Origin: Marinobacter sp.
GTDB lineage: Bacteria > Pseudomonadota > Gammaproteobacteria > Pseudomonadales > Oleiphilaceae
Assembly: GCF_014859525.1 (NCBI RefSeq)
Contig: NZ_JACUUB010000003.1
Coordinates: 39,790-103,789, forward strand
Direction of reading: 5' to 3'
Length of the DNA stretch: 64,000 bases
Below are positions 59,037 through 64,000 of the stretch, in pieces (the first letter of the stretch is position 1; each line of letters begins with the position of its first letter). The notes below the pieces were generated by a model. That model saw only the letters and a list, made by a program, of their open reading frames with translations. It was not told where the DNA came from and searched no databases. A program made the translations under genes and the position numbers.

Positions 59037-59978
59037 ATGAGCATCCTGGTAATTGCTGAACACGACAACAGCAGCCTGAAGCAGGCTACTCTGAACGTTG
59101 TAGCGGCAGCCAAGGCCATCGGTGGTGACATCGACGTGCTGGTTGCTGGCGAGAACGTAGGCGCCATCGCTGAAGCCGCTGCAAAAGCAGAGGGCGTGAA
59201 CAAGGTTTTGGTAGCAGATAACGCTGTCTACGGTCACTTCCTGGCTGAAAACCTGGGCGAGCTGGTGGCTGAAGTAGGTAAAGGCTACAGCCATATCCTG
59301 ACCTCTGCCGGTACCACCGGTAAAGACTTCATGCCGCGCGTTGCTGCGCTGCTGGACGTTGCTCAGGTATCTGACATTATCCGCGTTGAATCTGCCGACA
59401 CTTTTGTTCGCCCGATCTACGCCGGTAACGCCATCGCCACGGTCAAGGCCAACGATAGCATCAAGGTAATCACTGTGCGCCCGACCGGTTTTGATCCGGT
59501 TGCTGCCGAAGGTGGTGCTGCGGCGATTGAACAGCTGGACGTTGTTAAAGACGCTGGCCTGTCCTCTTTCGTTGGTGAAGAGAAAGCCAAGTCAGATCGT
59601 CCGGACCTGGCCTCTGCAGGCGTCGTTATCTCCGGTGGTCGTGGCATGCAGAATGGCGACAACTTCAAAATGCTGGAGCAGGTTGCTGATCTGATGGGCG
59701 CGGCTGTTGGTGCATCCCGTGCCGCCGTTGATGCCGGCTTTGTGCCGAACGATATGCAGGTTGGCCAGACCGGTAAGATTGTTGCCCCTCAGCTTTATGT
59801 TGCTGTTGGTATCTCCGGTGCTATCCAGCACTTGGCGGGTATGTCTGACTCCAAAGTGATCGTTGCGATCAACAAGGACGAAGAAGCGCCAATCTTCCAG
59901 GTTGCTGATTACGGCCTGGTAGCGGACCTGTTTGAAGCCGTTCCGCAGTTTGAAGAAGAGCTGAAGAAGGTTCTGTAA
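59037..59978 (+). CDS. etfA: Electron transfer flavoprotein alpha subunit
   Basis: [45 protein letters not shown]. Confidence 0.98.
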   Translation: MSILVIAEHDNSSLKQATLNVVAAAKAIGGDIDVLVAGENVGAIAEAAAKAEGVNKVLVADNAVYGHFLAENLGELVAEVGKGYSHILTSAGTTGKDFMPRVAALLDVAQVSDIIRVESADTFVRPIYAGNAIATVKANDSIKVITVRPTGFDPVAAEGGAAAIEQLDVVKDAGLSSFVGEEKAKSDRPDLASAGVVISGGRGMQNGDNFKMLEQVADLMGAAVGASRAAVDAGFVPNDMQVGQTGKIVAPQLYVAVGISGAIQHLAGMSDSKVIVAINKDEEAPIFQVADYGLVADLFEAVPQFEEELKKVL

Positions 59979-59993
59979 CTTTCTGATCTCGCA

Positions 59994-60027
59994 ATCAAAA
60001 AAGGCACCTTAGGGTGCCTTTTTTGAT
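59994..60027. terminator. Bidirectional intrinsic terminator
   Basis: ATCAAAAAAGGCACC-ttag-GGTGCCTTTTTTGAT perfect 15-bp stem. Confidence 0.9.
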
Positions 60028-60464
60028 CTGGATACGATGCGCTTTTCCGCTTTACCGATGATCATTGTGTCAGCCAGAATGTGTAAGGCGCGATTGGTTG
60101 TTTTTACGGCTTTGTAGATCTGCTCACTCTTTTGTTCGTGGCTCTGTTGTGCTTTTCGGGCGCTGTCCCGGAAGTCTTCGTCTTTCGAAAACATATCGAT
60201 AAGACCGAAGGTCGTATTGGCGATGGCCTTATGAACACGCTCAACGGCAGAGGCACCGCCAGACACTGTGTCTTCCAGCAGGCGAGCGCGATTACGCACT
60301 TCCGCCAGATCCATTCGGCTTTTCTGAATGGCACTGCGCGCTGCAATACGATGAGCGTTGAGTATCCGCAGCTGTCGTCTGGATTCTCCAGAAAGCCGAT
60401 AACCGGCAACCAAAATCGTACCGGTGCCGGCAAGACATAAGGTGGTCAGTACCAGTGTCATCAT
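60009..60464 (-). CDS. Hypothetical protein, N-terminal TM plus coiled coil
   Basis: GAGGGAG ribosome-binding site; hydrophobic first 21 aa; helical, charged remainder. Confidence 0.7.
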   Translation of the reverse strand: MMTLVLTTLCLAGTGTILVAGYRLSGESRRQLRILNAHRIAARSAIQKSRMDLAEVRNRARLLEDTVSGGASAVERVHKAIANTTFGLIDMFSKDEDFRDSARKAQQSHEQKSEQIYKAVKTTNRALHILADTMIIGKAEKRIVSRSKKAP

Positions 60465-60476
60465 GACTGGGCTCCC

Positions 60477-60806
60477 TCAGCGGTATTCAATGTGCATTTC
60501 GACATCAATATCACGCTCCAGAAGCTCGGATTCGAGTTCTTTCATCACTTCCTGATAGACCATTTTACGCGCCATAACCGGCAACCGGTCCGCCAGCGCT
60601 CGTCCGGTTCGGGACTCGCGCTTTGCCAGAGCAATCGGATCGAGAACTCTCAACGTAAGCACCAGTTCCGGATTACGGTGGGCATCACTGATACCCTCGT
60701 TTTCCAGCATTTGGCCGATCATTTTGCGTTGCTCAATCAGGTGCCATAAGAGTAAGCAACTGAATGACAGCAGGATCAAGCTGGTAATGGTTAATAAAAT
60801 AGTCAA
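60477..60806 (-). CDS. Hypothetical protein, N-terminal TM anchor
   Basis: TTG 60806 with GGAGG 7 nt upstream; LTILLTITSLILLSFSCLLLW TM; the upstream part of the ORF-track frame is judged non-coding. Confidence 0.7.
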   Translation of the reverse strand: MTILLTITSLILLSFSCLLLWHLIEQRKMIGQMLENEGISDAHRNPELVLTLRVLDPIALAKRESRTGRALADRLPVMARKMVYQEVMKELESELLERDIDVEMHIEYR

Positions 60807-60992
60807 CGGCGCGCCTCCACGGTCTCTTTTACGCTCTGATACAGTGTGCAGTATCCTGTCGTGTAAACGATTGGCCGGATGGACACCTGCTCGTCTGAAC
60901 TGAGGGAAATCCGGTTCGATGGCAAAACCTGTTACCATCGTTGGAGGCTTAACATGCTGCCGTTGGTGACAAATTACGACAAGGATTGAGAT

Positions 60993-61406
60993 ATGGTCTG
61001 GATAAAAGCATTCATTGCGGGATTCCTCGCAACGTTGATTTTTCATCAGGGGCTTTTTGCGGTTTTCTATCTGCTGGGTGCGGCACCGGTCCCGCCCTAT
61101 AATTTCACGCCGACTCCACCCCTGGGTGTTCCGGCGGTACTGTCACTGGCATTCTTTGGCGGTTTATGGGGCGTTGCTTTGTGGGCCATTGCCGGCCGTC
61201 TGATCGGCGCGAAGTATTGGCTTGCCAACATCGGCATTGGCGCATTGGCTCCAACAGCGGTTGCCATGCTCGTCGTCTTTCCCATGAAGGGCCTGGCGGT
61301 TTCGGCTCAGACCTGGATTGGCGGACTGGTGCTGAACGGATTCTGGGGGCTCGGTGTTGGGTTGCTGATGGTGTGGATGGCCGCAAAAGCCAAACGGCAA
61401 CCCTGA
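60993..61406 (+). CDS. Conserved hypothetical membrane protein (about 4 TM)
   Basis: GFLATLIFHQG, FFGGLWG, LNGFWG; hydrophobic throughout. Confidence 0.75.
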   Translation: MVWIKAFIAGFLATLIFHQGLFAVFYLLGAAPVPPYNFTPTPPLGVPAVLSLAFFGGLWGVALWAIAGRLIGAKYWLANIGIGALAPTAVAMLVVFPMKGLAVSAQTWIGGLVLNGFWGLGVGLLMVWMAAKAKRQP

Positions 61407-61448
61407 AAATAACAGCTCACTCACACACGTTCGAACTAAGGATAAACA

Positions 61449-62690
61449 ATGACCACTTCCAAGCAGGCGGATTTTGATCTCGTCGTATTTGGTGCAACCA
61501 GCTTTGTTGGTCAGATACTGACACGGTATCTGGTTGAAAATTACGGTACGAGCAGTGACGTAAAATGGGCCATTGCTGGCCGATCTGAAGCCAAACTCAA
61601 GGCACTGAAAGACGGTTTGGGAGCTGCTGCGTCGAATGTACCGGTGCTTCTGGCCGATGCGTCCGATGAAGGCGCGATCGCTGCCATGTGTCGGCAAACT
61701 CGCGTTGTCATCTCGACAGTTGGGCCATACGCACTCTTTGGCGAGCCTCTGGTCAAAGCCTGCGTTGAAACCGGAACCGATTACTGCGACCTGACCGGTG
61801 AAGTGCAGTGGATTCGCCGCATGGTCGAGCGCTATGAGGGTCAAGCCAAGAAGTCCGGAGCGCGGATTGTCCACTGTTGCGGGTTCGATTCGATCCCTTC
61901 AGATATGGGGGTGTGGTATCTGCAACAGCAAGCCCTGGAAACCTTCGGTCAAACCTGCCAAGACGTGCGTATGCGAGTGAAGGTTGCCAAAGGCGGACTG
62001 TCTGGCGGAACCGTTGCCTCAATGATCAACGTTGCCAAAGAAGCTGGCGCAGACCCCAAGCTTCGAAAGGAGTTGGCCAACCCGTTCTCGATCTGCCCGG
62101 AAGGACACCGTTCTAAAGCGCGTCAGCCCAGTCTGAAAACAGCTGAATACGACAAGGATTTTGGTGTCTGGCTTGCCCCCTTTGTTATGGGCGCTATCAA
62201 CACTCGTGTTGTGCATCGGTCCAATGCCATGCAAAACGCTCGATATGGCACAGAGTTTACCTATGACGAAGCCATGATGACGGGCAAAGGTGCTAAAGGG
62301 CGACTGACGGCTTATGGTATCACCGCAGCGTTAGGGGCGTTCTTTACAGCGTCTGCTATCAAGCCTACGCGCTGGGTTGTTGAAAAACTCGTTCCCAAGC
62401 CCGGTGAAGGCCCAAGCCCGGAAGATCAGGAAAACGGGTTTTACGATTTGCGTTTTATCGGTCGCACGCCGGATGGCAAGACCATTCTTACCAAGGTAAC
62501 GGGTGACCGGGATCCTGGCTACGGTTCGACGGCCAAGATGCTGGGTGAGGCGGGGCTGTGCCTGGCCTTTGACGTTCAGGAAACTACCAAGGGCGGTTTC
62601 TGGACTCCCGCCTCAGCGTTGGATGGCAAGTTACTGGACCGGCTTACCGGTAAAGCCGGCCTGACCTTTGAGGTGCTTGAGACCCGCTGA
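61449..62690 (+). CDS. Saccharopine dehydrogenase-like / trans-acting enoyl reductase family protein
   Basis: FGATSFVG, AIAGRS, TVGPY..FG, YCDLTGE, CGFDSIPSD.G, GDRDPGY.STAKML. Confidence 0.88.
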   Translation: MTTSKQADFDLVVFGATSFVGQILTRYLVENYGTSSDVKWAIAGRSEAKLKALKDGLGAAASNVPVLLADASDEGAIAAMCRQTRVVISTVGPYALFGEPLVKACVETGTDYCDLTGEVQWIRRMVERYEGQAKKSGARIVHCCGFDSIPSDMGVWYLQQQALETFGQTCQDVRMRVKVAKGGLSGGTVASMINVAKEAGADPKLRKELANPFSICPEGHRSKARQPSLKTAEYDKDFGVWLAPFVMGAINTRVVHRSNAMQNARYGTEFTYDEAMMTGKGAKGRLTAYGITAALGAFFTASAIKPTRWVVEKLVPKPGEGPSPEDQENGFYDLRFIGRTPDGKTILTKVTGDRDPGYGSTAKMLGEAGLCLAFDVQETTKGGFWTPASALDGKLLDRLTGKAGLTFEVLETR

Positions 62691-62693
62691 CCG

Positions 62694-64000
62694 TCAGGTC
62701 AGGTGCAAAGTGTGACCGGAGGGCAACAGGGCCTCCGGTCCATGGCCCAGACAAATAACGGCCCGCCCCTCCAGCCAATGGTTGAGTTGGGGGGTAATGC
62801 GTTCACGGGTTTGCTTATCAACTCCGGTAAAGGGTTCGTCCAGTACAACCAATGCCGCTGGAGTCAGTAGCACGCGCGCCAGCACCAGGCGACGGGCCTC
62901 GCCTCCTGACAACCGGTTACCGGCACTGCCTAACCAGGTATCCAGCCCATCTGCCTCTCGCGCAAACCGCTCTGCAAGTTCAACCAGTTCCAGAATCCGC
63001 CAGAGATCGCCATCTGTGGCCGAGGAATTGCCCATCAGTAAGTTAGCTTTTACCGTATCTTCGAAGATGACTGTTCGTTGCGTGAGGTAGGCGCAGGGCA
63101 GGGTTGTGATGGTTCCGCTTTGGGAGCTGATCAGCCCGGCAATGGCGTCTGCCAGAGTTGACTTGCCAGCACCGGATGCGCCAACAATACCCAACCGCTC
63201 GCCTTGGGCGACGGTCAGGGAATAGTGGGAGAAGATCGGTGCATGGCCTGAATAGCCAACCGATATATCCCTGACGACCAGAGCATTGCCAGCCATCGAA
63301 TCCGGGCCTGCAAGCTGCCGGTTGTTATGGTCAGGATTGGGTGAAATCTCTTCATTCAACCGCCCGGCGGCGGCAACGGTTGCACCCAGTTTGGCAAAGG
63401 CGTCTGGCAGCGTGGAATACACTTCGATCAGGCCAAGTAACGCGACGGGCAGCAATACCATTAACGGGCCGGTCAATTGTCCTTGGTGAAACAGTTCTGC
63501 ACCCGACCACAGCGCAAGGACTACGGCCAGATTAACCAGCAGGTGCGATACCGACTGGTGCCAGCCGGCATGACTATCTACCCGTGCCTGAGTACGCGAT
63601 ATGGCACGGGCCTGGCGCATTAGCCGGCCCGCATGCTTGCCCGTGCGCCCTGCAGCGCTTAGCTCGGCGTACCCCTCAAGGTGTTCGATGACATCACCCC
63701 GGAGTGCCTCGTACTGATCGCTCAGCTGACCTGACATAGCTTGAGTCTGCAAATAAACACGTCGGCTTGCCACGTATATTGCAAGCGTTAGCAGGGACAG
63801 AAGGAACAGCGCCACGGTGCCACTGAATACTATCCAGGTGGCCACTACCAGTATCAGGCTCACCACAGCCGCCAGTGCCGTTGGGGCAATTACTCTGAGG
63901 TAAAGGGTGTCCAGGGCATCGACGTCGGCCGTGAGTCTGGATAGCCATTGGGCTCCGGTTTTGCCGCCCCGTTCGCGCTGACCGGCGACGGCCATTCGGT
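62694..64000 (-). CDS. cydC: Thiol reductant ABC exporter CydC (5' part outside the window)
   Basis: RL.ADVDALD.LYLR.IAP, G.SGAGKST, LSGGEARR, LDEPF.GVD; the frame runs to the window edge. Confidence 0.85.
   Translation of the reverse strand, partial: RMAVAGQRERGGKTGAQWLSRLTADVDALDTLYLRVIAPTALAAVVSLILVVATWIVFSGTVALFLLSLLTLAIYVASRRVYLQTQAMSGQLSDQYEALRGDVIEHLEGYAELSAAGRTGKHAGRLMRQARAISRTQARVDSHAGWHQSVSHLLVNLAVVLALWSGAELFHQGQLTGPLMVLLPVALLGLIEVYSTLPDAFAKLGATVAAAGRLNEEISPNPDHNNRQLAGPDSMAGNALVVRDISVGYSGHAPIFSHYSLTVAQGERLGIVGASGAGKSTLADAIAGLISSQSGTITTLPCAYLTQRTVIFEDTVKANLLMGNSSATDGDLWRILELVELAERFAREADGLDTWLGSAGNRLSGGEARRLVLARVLLTPAALVVLDEPFTGVDKQTRERITPQLNHWLEGRAVICLGHGPEALLPSGHTLHLT

Overview
A 64-kb stretch of core chromosome from a GC-rich marine gammaproteobacterium, most likely Marinobacter (inferred from protein style and gene order). 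It carries about 70 CDS and one tRNA-Ser(UGA). I saw no integrase, transposase, prophage or CRISPR array. The left half is conserved housekeeping: serS, cobA, DAHP synthase, fabI, yejABEF, mltD, gloB, rnhA, dnaQ, fimL-like, SCP2, sohB, yhdH, cysI, metH, nfuA, tusDCBE and yccA. The right half holds rssB/rssC, gpsA, sixA, slyD, ETF-QO, etfBA and a partial cydC. The most interesting part is 33.8-49 kb. It contains (i) an 8-gene operon with the ufaD/ufaO/ufaM-like core of furan-fatty-acid synthesis plus its own desaturase and a secreted protein; (ii) a YeeE-YeeE-sulfurtransferase-hemH-pxpABC run; (iii) two RpoE-ChrR (ECF11)-type promoter motifs hidden inside other genes, one pointing at hemH-pxpABC and one at the lipid operon, which suggests a dispersed singlet-oxygen regulon that includes 5-oxoprolinase; and (iv) a candidate sRNA or attenuator at 38772-38880 with an internal 10-nt repeat that allows alternative folds. 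Other points: a 34-aa membrane ORF missed by the ORF track, candidate PsrA and IscR operators, CsrA-like motifs in the fimL leader, and a structured region upstream of slyD. All family calls come from motif recognition by eye; no searches were run.
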